Program-made: the position numbers and the translations under genes
Origin: Candidatus Aminicenantales bacterium
GTDB taxonomy: Bacteria; Acidobacteriota; Aminicenantia; Aminicenantales; UBA8522
Length of the DNA stretch: 64,000 nt
Reading direction: 5' to 3'
Assembly: GCA_049287565.1 (NCBI GenBank)
Contig: JBAQGA010000239.1
Location: 1,522 to 65,521 of the forward strand
Part shown: in pieces, positions 53,594 through 62,944 of the stretch
Layout of the letters: every line of letters begins with the position of its first letter
Position numbering within the stretch: position 1 is the first letter of the stretch
The notes under the pieces: model-generated
Told to the model about the DNA's origin: nothing
Databases searched by the model: none
Seen by the model: the letters and a program-made list of their open reading frames with translations, nothing else

Positions 53594-54280
53594 ATGAGCA
53601 AGAAAACCATCTCGACGGAAGAGAAAAAAATCAAGATCCTCATTTTCTGTCCTTCAGAGATCATTCTTTCGGGGATCTTGAAAGCCATGGAGGCGGATGC
53701 CGGCATCGAGATTTCCAACGTCGAAAAGAACACCATCGACAGCTTCATGGAATCCATCCGAAAGCTGCGCCCCCAGGTCATCCTCTTCGCCAACACAGAG
53801 CCCTTGCCCAACATGCGCGAGATCTGCAAGGCTATCAAGGAGATCTCCAAGCTCCAGAGCAAATCGCAGCTGCTGATCCTGGGAAGCATCCCCTCTCACG
53901 AGGAAATCGTCGGCTTGATCAACGCCGGCGCCAGGGGATATTTCGACCTGACCGACCCGGCCGGTCAGCTCTCCGAGGCCATCCGAGTCATCCATAAAGG
54001 AGAGATCTGGCTCCCCCGGGACAAGATGAGCAGCATCATGGACAGGATCATCTCCGTCGTCGGCCGGGACCTCAAAGAGAAAACGCTGGACCAGCTCACG
54101 CCTACGGAGTTTCAAGTCCTCCGGCTCATCGGCCAAGGGAAGAGCAACGATGAGATCGCCGAGATCCTGTTCATCAGCAAGAACACGGTCCGGTCGCATA
54201 TCAAGAGCATCTATGCCAAGCTGGACACGCACAGCCGCCTCCAGCTGGCCCTGTATGCCATCAATTCCGCCCTGTTTTAG
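53594..54280 (+). CDS. LuxR/NarL-family transcriptional regulator with a degenerate (pseudo-)receiver domain
   Basis: C-terminal LuxR HTH (LTPTEFQVLRLIGQGKSNDEIAEILFISKNTVRSHIKSIY). The N-terminal receiver-like fold lacks the acidic pair (FCPSE), the phospho-acceptor Asp (ILFANTEP) and the conserved Lys. Confidence 0.75.
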   Translation: MSKKTISTEEKKIKILIFCPSEIILSGILKAMEADAGIEISNVEKNTIDSFMESIRKLRPQVILFANTEPLPNMREICKAIKEISKLQSKSQLLILGSIPSHEEIVGLINAGARGYFDLTDPAGQLSEAIRVIHKGEIWLPRDKMSSIMDRIISVVGRDLKEKTLDQLTPTEFQVLRLIGQGKSNDEIAEILFISKNTVRSHIKSIYAKLDTHSRLQLALYAINSALF

Positions 54281-54303
54281 CAGGGAGTCAAACAGAGGTT
54301 GTG

Positions 54304-54708
54304 ATGAAAAAAGCCCAGCGACCCAAAAAGGAAGAGGCCATTCCTTCCATCCAGGCCAACCGGCGGAGAGAATGGCGACTCGACCTGCCGCTCTCGACGA
54401 TCATCGAAGGACGGCTTCCCCACGGCGCGAAATTTTCGGAGACGACCACCCTCGAGAATATCAGCTCCGCCGGAGCCTACTTTTGCCTCGACTCTGGTGT
54501 CGTCGTCGGCTCCCGGCTCAACCTCATGATCGATCTGCCCAAGAACCTCACCGGCGGAAGGGAGATCAAGCTCAACCTCGGCGGGATCACGGTCCGCCTC
54601 GAGGAACCGGACAAGAAAGGCAAGCGGCAGGGTGTTGCCATCCGTTTCAGCAAGGACTTCAAATTCGTCGAGCCCGGCAAGAAAAAGAAAAAAAAGAAAG
54701 CGAAATAG
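54304..54708 (+). CDS. PilZ domain protein 3 (canonical c-di-GMP-binding motifs)
   Basis: RRREWR (RxxxR) and ENISSAG (D/NxSxxG) motifs. Poly-Lys tail. 134 aa. AGAGG ribosome-binding site. Confidence 0.75.
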   Translation: MKKAQRPKKEEAIPSIQANRRREWRLDLPLSTIIEGRLPHGAKFSETTTLENISSAGAYFCLDSGVVVGSRLNLMIDLPKNLTGGREIKLNLGGITVRLEEPDKKGKRQGVAIRFSKDFKFVEPGKKKKKKKAK

Positions 54709-54715
54709 CACCCCA

Positions 54716-55399
54716 GTGTCCATACTGACTGTGGCTCTGACGGGGGGCATTGCCACCGGAAAATCCGTCGTCGCCAATCTCTTGGCCGATCATGGCTGTT
54801 TTGTCCAATCGGCCGATCGGTTGGCCCATGAGCTGATGACGCCCGGCCGGCCGGCATGGCGCCAAATCGTGGCCCATTTCGGAACAGACATTCTGAATTC
54901 CGATCGGACCATCAACCGCACCCGCCTGGGAACGATCGTCTTTGGCTCGGCCCAGGAAAGGCAGTTCCTGAACAGGCTTATCCATCCTCTCGTCCTGGCA
55001 AAAAAGAAGACGGCCATCCGGACGCTCGAAAAAAAAAGCACTCATAAGATCTTCGTATCCGAAGCGGCCCTGACCATCGAATCGGGATTCGCTCCCTTCT
55101 TCGACAAGGTCATCGTCGTCCACTGCCCGGAAAGACTTCGGGTCGAGCGCCTGATGAAGAGGGACGCGATCACGCGGCGCGAAGCCTGGAAAAGGATTCG
55201 CAGCCAGATGCCGACGAGCGAGAAGATCAAGCAGGCCGATTATCTCATTAAAACGACGGGCTCAGCGGACGAGACCGCCGCCCAGACCGATCGGGTGTAC
55301 GAGAATCTGCTGGCGGATTTCCGGAAGAAACGAGCGCATGAGAAAAGGCGTCAGGCTAGGAGCCGGCCGCGAGCGCGGCGGCGAGCAGCGGGACCATAA
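54716..55399 (+). CDS. coaE: Dephospho-CoA kinase
   Basis: P-loop ALTGGIATGKS near the N-terminus. CoaE fold length. Inferred GTG start (the long ORF's N-terminal extension overlaps the PilZ gene). Basic C-terminal tail. Confidence 0.75.
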   Translation: MSILTVALTGGIATGKSVVANLLADHGCFVQSADRLAHELMTPGRPAWRQIVAHFGTDILNSDRTINRTRLGTIVFGSAQERQFLNRLIHPLVLAKKKTAIRTLEKKSTHKIFVSEAALTIESGFAPFFDKVIVVHCPERLRVERLMKRDAITRREAWKRIRSQMPTSEKIKQADYLIKTTGSADETAAQTDRVYENLLADFRKKRAHEKRRQARSRPRARRRAAGP

Positions 55400-56261
55400 T
55401 CTCGTGGTGCCCGATGAAATAGAATCCCCTCCCCTTTTTTCCCACGGCCCGGCGGACGACGTTCTGCTCCGGACGATAGTGATGGAGGAAATCGAACACG
55501 GCGGTGGAGAATTTTTCGAGCTTCGCACCTCTGTTTCGGACGTAGCTCAGCGCCTTTAAAAAGACTTCGGGGAGGACGACGGCCGAACCGATGTTGATAA
55601 AGACCCCGCCGCCCTCGAGCTTTTCCAGTAGCGAGCAGAAGAGGAAGAAATCGGTCAACGATGTCTTGCCCAAAGCTTCTCCGCTGGCCCCGGGATGGAA
55701 GTGGATGGTATCAGTCCCGATGGCGACATGGACGCTCACCGGAATCCCGAGCTCGTGGGCGGAAAAAAGCAGGCTGAGATATCTGTAGGGAAAATGGGAA
55801 TCGGCCATCATCCGACCGACCGCCTCGCCCAATCCGATTCCCTGCACGGCCCCTCTTCTGATGGCCTTGTTCAACAGCTCTCCCGTCTCCCGGGCCATCC
55901 CGAACTTACCGGATCGGAGCTGGGCCCCGACGTCCTCGGAGGTACGGCCGCAAAAGGCGATCTCGAAATCGTGAATGATGCCGGCTCCATTGAGCGCGAT
56001 CCCCGTGATCCAGCCGTCCTTCATCAGGCGGATGAGGACGGGATTGAGTCCTACTTTGATGACGTGAGCGCCCAGGGCAAAGAGGATGGCCCTTTTCTTC
56101 CTCCTGGCCGTTTGCAGAAGAGCGAGGAAGTCTTTGAAGTCCTTTCCGGCCAGGATATTCGGCAGGCCGTCGATGAAGCCGGCCAAACGCTCTTCGGGCT
56201 CGAATGGTTTGGCAAAATCCCGGACATCCACCTTGCTCGGCCGATCAAGAAGGCTGTGCAT
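55356..56261 (-). CDS. Deoxyhypusine synthase-like (DS family) protein
   Basis: Rossmann-like GxG segments (GIALNGAGIIHD, GGGVFINIGSAVV) resembling deoxyhypusine/homospermidine synthase. About 300 aa. Convergent 44-nt overlap with coaE. Confidence 0.4.
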   Translation of the reverse strand: MHSLLDRPSKVDVRDFAKPFEPEERLAGFIDGLPNILAGKDFKDFLALLQTARRKKRAILFALGAHVIKVGLNPVLIRLMKDGWITGIALNGAGIIHDFEIAFCGRTSEDVGAQLRSGKFGMARETGELLNKAIRRGAVQGIGLGEAVGRMMADSHFPYRYLSLLFSAHELGIPVSVHVAIGTDTIHFHPGASGEALGKTSLTDFFLFCSLLEKLEGGGVFINIGSAVVLPEVFLKALSYVRNRGAKLEKFSTAVFDFLHHYRPEQNVVRRAVGKKGRGFYFIGHHEIMVPLLAAALAAGS

Positions 56262-56361
56262 GTTCAGCCCGGATGAGCCGAAGCGCTGTGGCCCTCGAGT
56301 GTTCCGGCGATGACGGGGCAAGTATCGCGGACGGTCGGATCGCGCTCTCGGCACTGGCCGC

Positions 56362-56640
56362 TTATTTCCTGGTCAGCATATTCTTCAATTCCTGGCCGGA
56401 GCGGAACTTGATCCGTTTCCCTTTTTCTATCTTGATCTGTTTCTTCCGGCGGATATCTCGTCCATAACCGGTCTTCTTATCGACTACCCGGAAACTTCCG
56501 AATCCCCGGACCTCGATCTTCTGATTCTTTTCCAATGCTTCTTTCAAGGATTTCAGGATTGTTTCAACGATGAGCAACGATTTGGCCCTGTTGAATTCCG
56601 AGTTCTTCTCAATGGCCAGGGCGATATCGTTTTTGATCAT
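56362..56640 (-). CDS. HU/IHF family nucleoid-associated DNA-binding protein
   Basis: 92 aa. RGFGSFRVVDKKTGYGRDIRRKKQIKIEKGKRIKFRSGQELK matches the HU/IHF beta-arm signature. Confidence 0.85.
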   Translation of the reverse strand: MIKNDIALAIEKNSEFNRAKSLLIVETILKSLKEALEKNQKIEVRGFGSFRVVDKKTGYGRDIRRKKQIKIEKGKRIKFRSGQELKNMLTRK

Positions 56641-56751
56641 AAGAAACTCCTTCGGTCCGGCTGGACGATAGATAATAATTAATGAATCATTCCCAAAAAG
56701 TCAAGCCGCATTGTTGACTTGATTTCCGCGAATCCCTATAATGAATTCAAT

Positions 56752-58059
56752 ATGAAAAGAGCCGTCCTGCCGGCCGTCCTTCTTTGTGTTCTCGTTCTTC
56801 CGGGCTGGGCGTCCATCTATCGGATTATCGTCGACGCGCCGGTGCACCCGATCTCCTCCGAGTACATCACCCGTTCGATCGAAAAGGCCGAGCGCGATAA
56901 CGCACCCCTGCTGATCATAGTGCTGAACACTCCCGGGGGACTCGATTCCTCCATGCGAGAGATCATCGCCAAGATCTTGGCCTCGCGCGTCCCCATCGTG
57001 ACCTATGTCGCTCCGGGAGGAGCGCGGGCCGCTTCGGCCGGATTCTACATCGGTATCGCCAGCGATCTCTTCGTCATGGCACCCGGGACGAACACCGGAG
57101 CCGCCCACCCTGTGGGGATTTCGATCACCGGCCAGGCCATGGACAAGACTATGGAAGAGAAGGTCACTCACGACGCCGCCTCCTACATCAAGACACTGGC
57201 AGAAAGAAGAGGCCGCAATGTCCAGCCGGCGGAGGACGCGGTACGAAAAAGCCTGTCCTATACGGAAAAGGAGGCTCTCGATAAGGGGCTGATCGATTTC
57301 GTGGCCGGGAGCGAGCAGGAGATCATCGATCACTTCGATGGACGAATGATCAAACGCTTCAACGGAGAAATGACTCCGCTCGAGCTCAAGGGGGAACCCA
57401 TCGTCGACATCCCGATGACCGCCCGGCAAAAATTCTTGATCACCATCTCCAACCCGAACCTGGCCTACATTCTCCTGATGATCGGGCTTCTCGGTCTCTA
57501 CTTCGAATTCTCCCATCCGGGAGCCATTCTGCCTGGTGTCCTCGGCGGGATCTGCCTCCTTCTGGCCATTTTCTCGTTCCAGATACTCCCTCTTAACTAC
57601 GTCGCGCTGATCCTGATCCTGCTCGCTATCGGGCTGTTCATTCTGGAGGTTAAAGTGCAGAGTTATGGTATACTCGGCATCGGAGGCGTTATCGCTATGG
57701 TCATCGGTTCTGTTATGCTTATCAACTCTCCGATCCCCGAGCTCCAGCCCAGCCTGATCTTCATCATTCCTCTGGCTGTCGGCCTCTCCCTGATCTTCCT
57801 TTTCCTCCTGTTTCTCGTTGTCCGCGCCCATTCTAGAAAACCGGCTACGGGCAAAGAAGGACTCATCGGCGAGGTCGGACTGGCTCAGACCGACCTCAGT
57901 CCGGAGGGGAAAGTCTTCGTCCACGGCGAAATCTGGAATGCCGAAGCCGACGGACCGATCGCCAAAGGATGCAAGGTCAAGGTTGTTGGGGTCTATGACT
58001 CCCTCAAGATCCGCGTCGAGAAGTTGTCAAAGGAAACCCGACCAGTCGGTCCGCGTTGA
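56752..58059 (+). CDS. NfeD-family membrane-bound serine protease (ClpP-class), stomatin-operon partner
   Basis: Signal peptide. ClpP-like domain. Central TM bundle. C-terminal OB-fold NfeD domain ([17 protein letters not shown]). Confidence 0.85.
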   Translation: MKRAVLPAVLLCVLVLPGWASIYRIIVDAPVHPISSEYITRSIEKAERDNAPLLIIVLNTPGGLDSSMREIIAKILASRVPIVTYVAPGGARAASAGFYIGIASDLFVMAPGTNTGAAHPVGISITGQAMDKTMEEKVTHDAASYIKTLAERRGRNVQPAEDAVRKSLSYTEKEALDKGLIDFVAGSEQEIIDHFDGRMIKRFNGEMTPLELKGEPIVDIPMTARQKFLITISNPNLAYILLMIGLLGLYFEFSHPGAILPGVLGGICLLLAIFSFQILPLNYVALILILLAIGLFILEVKVQSYGILGIGGVIAMVIGSVMLINSPIPELQPSLIFIIPLAVGLSLIFLFLLFLVVRAHSRKPATGKEGLIGEVGLAQTDLSPEGKVFVHGEIWNAEADGPIAKGCKVKVVGVYDSLKIRVEKLSKETRPVGPR

Positions 58060-58091
58060 CGGCTGCTTGGGCGGAAAGAAAGGAGGTTTCC

Positions 58092-58859
58092 ATGGTCTTA
58101 TCGGTTCCGATCATCATCGCCGGGATTATCGTCCTCTATCTTTTGAACTGCATCAAGGTTTTGCGTGAATACGAACGCGGTGTCATCTTTCGCCTGGGGC
58201 GCGTCCTTCCTCAGCCCAAAGGGCCGGGCCTGATCTTCGTCTTCGCGCCCATCGACCGCATGCTGCGAGTCAGCCTGAGACTGGTCACCCTGGACATTCC
58301 GCCCCAGGACGTCATAACCAAGGACAACGTCACGGTTAAGGTCAACGCCGTCGTCTATTTCCGGGTTATGGAACCGCTCAAAGCGATCATCGAGGTCCAG
58401 GATTTTCTCTACGCCACTTCTCAGCTTTCCCAGACGACGCTCCGCAGCGTACTCGGGGAAGTCGAACTCGACGACCTCCTCTCCGAGCGGGAGAAACTGA
58501 ATGCCCAGCTTCAGGAGATACTGGACAAGCACACCGACCCCTGGGGGATCAAAGTCCAGCTGGTCGAGATGAAGCATGTCGACCTCCCCGATACGATGGT
58601 CCGGGCGATCGCCAGGCAGGCCGAGGCGGAACGGGAGCGGCGGGCCAAGGTCATCCATGCCGACGGAGAATTCCAGGCCGCCACCAAGCTGACCGACGCG
58701 GCCGACATCATCTCCCGGAATCCCCAGACCCTGCAGTTGCGTTTCTTACAGACCATGACCGAGATCGCCACGGAAAAGAACTCGACCATCATCTTTCCTC
58801 TCCCCATCGAGTTCCTGAAATCTTTTGCCATCGAAAAGCCACGGCCCGATAAATCGTGA
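58092..58859 (+). CDS. SPFH/band-7 (stomatin-like) protein
   Basis: N-terminal TM segment. SPFH domain. [20 protein letters not shown] coiled coil. Downstream of NfeD. Confidence 0.9.
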   Translation: MVLSVPIIIAGIIVLYLLNCIKVLREYERGVIFRLGRVLPQPKGPGLIFVFAPIDRMLRVSLRLVTLDIPPQDVITKDNVTVKVNAVVYFRVMEPLKAIIEVQDFLYATSQLSQTTLRSVLGEVELDDLLSEREKLNAQLQEILDKHTDPWGIKVQLVEMKHVDLPDTMVRAIARQAEAERERRAKVIHADGEFQAATKLTDAADIISRNPQTLQLRFLQTMTEIATEKNSTIIFPLPIEFLKSFAIEKPRPDKS

Positions 58860-59476
58860 TGAAAAATAGAGAATTCCGGGAGATTCAGGTCTCCAGCACC
58901 CAGCTGGCCGTTATCTTCCTGGGCATTTTGATCATCGGTGTCGTCATCTTTCTGCTCGGCGTCTCGGTCGGCAAGAAGCACGCTCAAGTCGCCCAGAATG
59001 CCAACATCATCGCTCAAAAGGAACCTGAACAGATCAAGGAGAAGATCACGACGCTGCCTCAGATGAAACCGGAACAGGAGCCGGTTCGCGAGTCGGCCGG
59101 GAAACAGACGGCGCCCGAAGCGCCATCAACGCGGCTCAAAAAAGAGATCCTTCCCGAGAAATCCGAGACCGCGCCCCCTAAAACCAAGCCCAAGGCCGTG
59201 CCCAAGCTCGGCCAACAGAGGCCGGTTGAACAAAAGAACCTCTATTATGTCCAGGTCGCCGCCCTCGCTGAACAGCCGGCCGCTCAAACCACGGCCCAGA
59301 AGTTCAGGGGAATGGGCTATACTGTCGTGGTGATGGACCCGCAGCCGAATGATCGGACTCCCGTCTACAGGGTTCGGGTCGGGGGCTTCCTGACTAGGGA
59401 ACAAGCGGATGAGGTTCGGGCCAAGCTTTCTGCTGCGGCCGGCGGGAAAACTGACTATTTTATCGTTCGGGACTGA
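58856..59476 (+). CDS. SPOR-domain (peptidoglycan-binding) membrane protein
   Basis: N-terminal TM segment. Low-complexity linker. C-terminal SPOR domain ([11 protein letters not shown]...GYTVVVMD...[21 protein letters not shown]). Confidence 0.7.
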   Translation: MMKNREFREIQVSSTQLAVIFLGILIIGVVIFLLGVSVGKKHAQVAQNANIIAQKEPEQIKEKITTLPQMKPEQEPVRESAGKQTAPEAPSTRLKKEILPEKSETAPPKTKPKAVPKLGQQRPVEQKNLYYVQVAALAEQPAAQTTAQKFRGMGYTVVVMDPQPNDRTPVYRVRVGGFLTREQADEVRAKLSAAAGGKTDYFIVRD

Positions 59477-59511
59477 CAGGCGCCGGCGCGATCCCCTTCC
59501 TGCTGGCGATC

Positions 59512-59856
59512 TTGAGCGGTGCGCTGACCGCTCTTTGTTTTCCCAAGTTCGATCTCTTCTTCTTGGCCTGGGTCTGCCTGATCCCGCTTCTCTTCGCTCT
59601 TCTTAAAAAACGCTCCTGGCCGGGCTTCCGCATCGGCTTCATCGGCGGTCTTGTCTTCTCCGATATTTTCCTTTACTGGATTCCCTATGTTCCCGCTCAT
59701 TACGTTGGGCTATCCCCCGTGTTGAGCCTCCTCATCTATCTCGTGCTGGTCGTTTTATGGCCCTCTCCTGTCCCGCTACGGCAATGTTCTCTCCTATCTG
59801 AGCTTGACTTTTACCGGTGTCTTCGTTATTCTCGCCTTTGTCAAGAAGGCCGATGA
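59512..59856 (+). CDS. Small polytopic membrane protein of unknown function; possible frameshift near 59750
   Basis: Begins at TTG with no in-frame ATG. It has 3-4 hydrophobic helices. After about 59750 the +1 frame continues with membrane-protein-like sequence (…LSYLSLTFTGVFVILAFVKKADERKKFALRRTAI, stop 59891), whereas the annotated frame becomes Cys/Arg-rich. Its stop overlaps the prfB ATG (ATGA). Confidence 0.35.
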   Translation: MSGALTALCFPKFDLFFLAWVCLIPLLFALLKKRSWPGFRIGFIGGLVFSDIFLYWIPYVPAHYVGLSPVLSLLIYLVLVVLWPSPVPLRQCSLLSELDFYRCLRYSRLCQEGR

Positions 59857-60990
59857 ACGTAAAAAATTTGCCCTCCGCAGAACAGCCATCTGATCTTCAG
59901 GCCCAGATCAAAGAGCATCTTCTCAAGTTCGAAGAGCTCCGAGGTTTTCTTTGACCTAGAGAGCAAGAGATCCCAACTCGCCGCCATCACCGCTGAGCTT
60001 TCAGCGCCGGCGACCTGGCAGGACCAGAAGAGGTCTCAGTCGCTGCAGCAGAAGAAAAAAAAGCTTGATCACGAGGTCAAGGCCTTTTCCCGGCTGGAAG
60101 AAAAAAAAGAGGAGATCGAGGTCCTGTCCGAGCTCGCAGCCGAGGGAGAGGATGTCGGCGGAGAGTTGAAACAGGCTCTCGCCGCTTTGGCGAAAAGCCT
60201 CGAAGCGGCCGAACTCCAGGCCCTGTTCTTTGAGGAGGACGACGACCGCAACGCTCTCTTCACCATCCACCCCGGCGCAGGAGGGACCGAATCCCAGGAT
60301 TGGGCCCAAATGCTCCTGCGCATGTACTTGAGATACGCCGAACGCAGGGGCTACAAGACCGAGGTCCTCGACTTAATGTCGGGAGAGGAAGCCGGGATCA
60401 AGAGTGTCACCGTGCGGGTGGAGGGCGATTATGCGTTCGGACACTTCGGCCAGGAATCGGGCGTCCACCGGCTGGTCCGAATCTCGCCGTTCGATGCCAA
60501 CAAGCGGCGCCATACCTCCTTCGCCGCCGTTTTCGTCTTTCCCGAGGTGGAGGAGGACATCGCCATCTCCATCAATCCCGAAGACCTTCGAGTCGACACC
60601 TACCGGTCCTCCGGCCGGGGCGGTCAGCATGTCAACGTGACCGACTCGGCCGTCCGGATCACCCACCTACCGACCGGCATCGTCGTTCAATGCCAGAACG
60701 AGAGGTCGCAGCACAAGAACAGAGCCTCGGCGATGAAAGTGTTGAAAGCGCGCCTCTACGAGATGGAAAAAAAAAGGCAGCTCGAAAAGTTCGAGAAAAG
60801 GGAAGAGACCAAGTCCGAAATTGCCTGGGGAAATCAAATACGGTCTTATGTTCTGCACCCCTACCGGCTGATCAAGGACCTGCGGACTCGGATAGAAACC
60901 GGGGATGTCGACAGGATCCTGGACGGCGACCTCGACGAATTCATCAAGGCCAGCCTGGTGATGAGGAAGAAATCGGCGCCGGCATCATAG
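59853..60990 (+). CDS. prfB: Peptide chain release factor 2, requires programmed +1 ribosomal frameshift at 59949-59955 (CTT TGA C)
   Basis: Frame 0: MNVKNLPSAEQPSDLQAQIKEHLLKFEELRGFL then in-frame TGA. The +1 frame continues DLESKRSQLAAITAEL..., then SPFD, GGQHVN (GGQ motif) and RF2-specific blocks, to the stop at 60990. The slippery CTTTGAC is preceded by an SD-like GAGG. Confidence 0.9.
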
Positions 60991-61311
60991 CGCTTCTTTC
61001 TTGACTTTTTCTCAGAGTTTACCTCTCAAATCGTCTTCCGCTGCTCTCTCTTCTCCATACCAGGCTCCCTTGAAAAATCGCCGGAAAAATTGTAGCATTG
61101 ACGTTCAGAACGATAGTCGAGGCGGCGATAAATATCAATTCCCCTTCCCGGGAGGGAAAGAGTCCGGCAAGAGGACAACCATGACCAAGAAAAATTCTCA
61201 AGACCCTCAGCGCCCAAAGGAGTCAAGCGAGCGCCCCGGAAGAGAATTTCTGCCATCAGCAGCTCAAGGAAGGCTACCTGAAGAAGACCAAGATCATCAA
61301 CTTCTGATCCC

Positions 61312-62271
61312 ATGAAGATCTTACGCGGGCTCGAGGAACGGCCGGTTTTTCCGGACGGCACGGCGGTTGCCATCGGCAACTTCGACGGGCTTCATCTGGG
61401 CCACCAAGAGATCCTTCGCTTTTTGGTCGATAAAGCCCGGGAGAGAAAACTGACCTCCCTTGTCCTGACCTTCTCGCCCCACCCAGAGAAGGTTCTCGGC
61501 GGAGGCCGGACCGCCATGATCCAGACCCTGGAGCAGAGGCTGGCCGGCATCCGGGCCAGCGGTGTAGAAGCCGTTCTTCTGGCGGACTTCACCAAAGCGT
61601 TCGCCGACCTGACCGTCGAAGAGTTCGTCTCTCGGATCATCGTCACTTTTTTGGCGGCCAAAGAAGTGGTCATCGGCGAAAATTTTCGGTTCGGCCGGAA
61701 TCGCCGGGGGGATGTTGGTGACCTGCGCCGCTATGGCCGAAAAACGGGCTTCGCCGTGCATCCGCGCCCGGCCATTTTCAGAAATGGACAGGTCGTCAGC
61801 AGCAGCCGCATCCGGGGCCTTCTTCAAGCCGGGAACATCCTTGTGGCCAACAGACTTATCGGGCGCCCCTACCTAGTCGAAGGCCGGGTGATCAGAGGTC
61901 GGGGCCGCGGCCGAGACCTGGGCTTCCCCACGGCCAACATCCGGGCGGAAAATGAGATCGCTCCGCCGGGAGTCTATCTCACCCTGGCTCGGATCCAAGA
62001 CCGCCTCTATCCCTCGTTGACGAACAGCGGGTCCAGGCCGACATTCGGCGGCGGCCCAGCGCAGATCGAAACATACATCTTAGGTTTGCAGGGCGTCCTT
62101 TACCGCAAGAGAATCGGTCTTCACTTTCTCCGCAGGCTCAGGAAGGAAAAACGGTTCCCCGGAGAAGGCGAGTTGATCAGGCAGATCCGGAAAGACGTGG
62201 CCGCTTCGCGTTTGTATTTCGAGAAGAACGCACCGGCTCTGGGAGCGATTCGAGTTTCACCCAAACGATGA
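61312..62271 (+). CDS. ribF: Bifunctional riboflavin kinase / FMN adenylyltransferase
   Basis: N-terminal FAD synthetase domain (AIGNFDGLHLGHQ). C-terminal riboflavin kinase domain (GRPY...GRGRGRDLGFPTAN, PPGVY). 319 aa. Confidence 0.9.
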   Translation: MKILRGLEERPVFPDGTAVAIGNFDGLHLGHQEILRFLVDKARERKLTSLVLTFSPHPEKVLGGGRTAMIQTLEQRLAGIRASGVEAVLLADFTKAFADLTVEEFVSRIIVTFLAAKEVVIGENFRFGRNRRGDVGDLRRYGRKTGFAVHPRPAIFRNGQVVSSSRIRGLLQAGNILVANRLIGRPYLVEGRVIRGRGRGRDLGFPTANIRAENEIAPPGVYLTLARIQDRLYPSLTNSGSRPTFGGGPAQIETYILGLQGVLYRKRIGLHFLRRLRKEKRFPGEGELIRQIRKDVAASRLYFEKNAPALGAIRVSPKR

Positions 62272-62347
62272 CCACCCGCAGACAATTGACTTTTTCTTCG
62301 GCTTCGGGCATTTTCAAAGGGAACGCCTCGCGCTCAGGAGATCGTTC

Positions 62348-62944
62348 ATGAAATTCAAGATCAAAGCCAGAGTCATGGACGGGAGCAAGATCAAGAGAGC
62401 CCTCATCCGGATGACGACCGAGATCCTGGAAGGCAACCGCAACCTGAAAAACCTGGTGATCATCGGCATCCGGACGCGCGGTATCTACCTCGGCAGGCGC
62501 ATCTCCCAATTGATCAAAGAGCTGGAGAGAGTGGACATCCCGGTCGGAGCGCTCGATATCGCCCCTTACCGGGATGATGTGTCCGGGCTCGACGTCTCTT
62601 CCATGGTCCAGAAGACAGAGATCCCTTTCTCTATCGCCAACATGGACGTACTCTTGGTCGATGATGTTCTCAATACCGGCCGGACCATCCGGGCGGCCAT
62701 GGATGGACTCTTCAACCTAGGGAGGCCGCGGACAATCCAATTGCTTGTTCTGATCGACCGCGGCCACCGTGAACTGCCTGTCCGGGCCGACTACGTGGGA
62801 AAGGTCCTGCCCACCTCCAAGCGAGAGCTCGTTCAGGTGAAGCTGACCGAAGTCGATGACTGCGATGAGGTTCTGATCACCGAACCCGCCGGGCTCAAAA
62901 GAAAGAGAACTCCGAGAGAGAACACGCGTGAGACTCCTGATTAA
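62348..62944 (+). CDS. pyrR: Bifunctional pyrimidine operon regulator / uracil phosphoribosyltransferase PyrR
   Basis: PRTase motif VLLVDDVLNTGRT. PyrR length and N-terminal RNA-binding region. Followed by pyrC. Confidence 0.9.
   Translation: MKFKIKARVMDGSKIKRALIRMTTEILEGNRNLKNLVIIGIRTRGIYLGRRISQLIKELERVDIPVGALDIAPYRDDVSGLDVSSMVQKTEIPFSIANMDVLLVDDVLNTGRTIRAAMDGLFNLGRPRTIQLLVLIDRGHRELPVRADYVGKVLPTSKRELVQVKLTEVDDCDEVLITEPAGLKRKRTPRENTRETPD

Noticed and set aside
56701-57924. 407-aa minus-strand ORF
   Set aside because: It is antisense to the NfeD protease gene. It is Asp/Gly/Arg-rich.
59512-59856. Idea that the small membrane ORF is a truncated apolipoprotein N-acyltransferase (lnt)
   Set aside because: Only a loose resemblance to the Lnt N-terminal TM pattern. 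No C-N hydrolase domain follows in any frame, and prfB begins immediately. It is kept only as an unknown small membrane protein with a possible frameshift.
61001-61315. 104-aa ORF in the prfB-ribF intergenic region
   Set aside because: It has no ribosome-binding site. Its composition is Ser/Pro/Lys-rich and low in complexity, and it ends by overlapping the ribF start. I also checked the region for a tRNA or FMN riboswitch and found neither.
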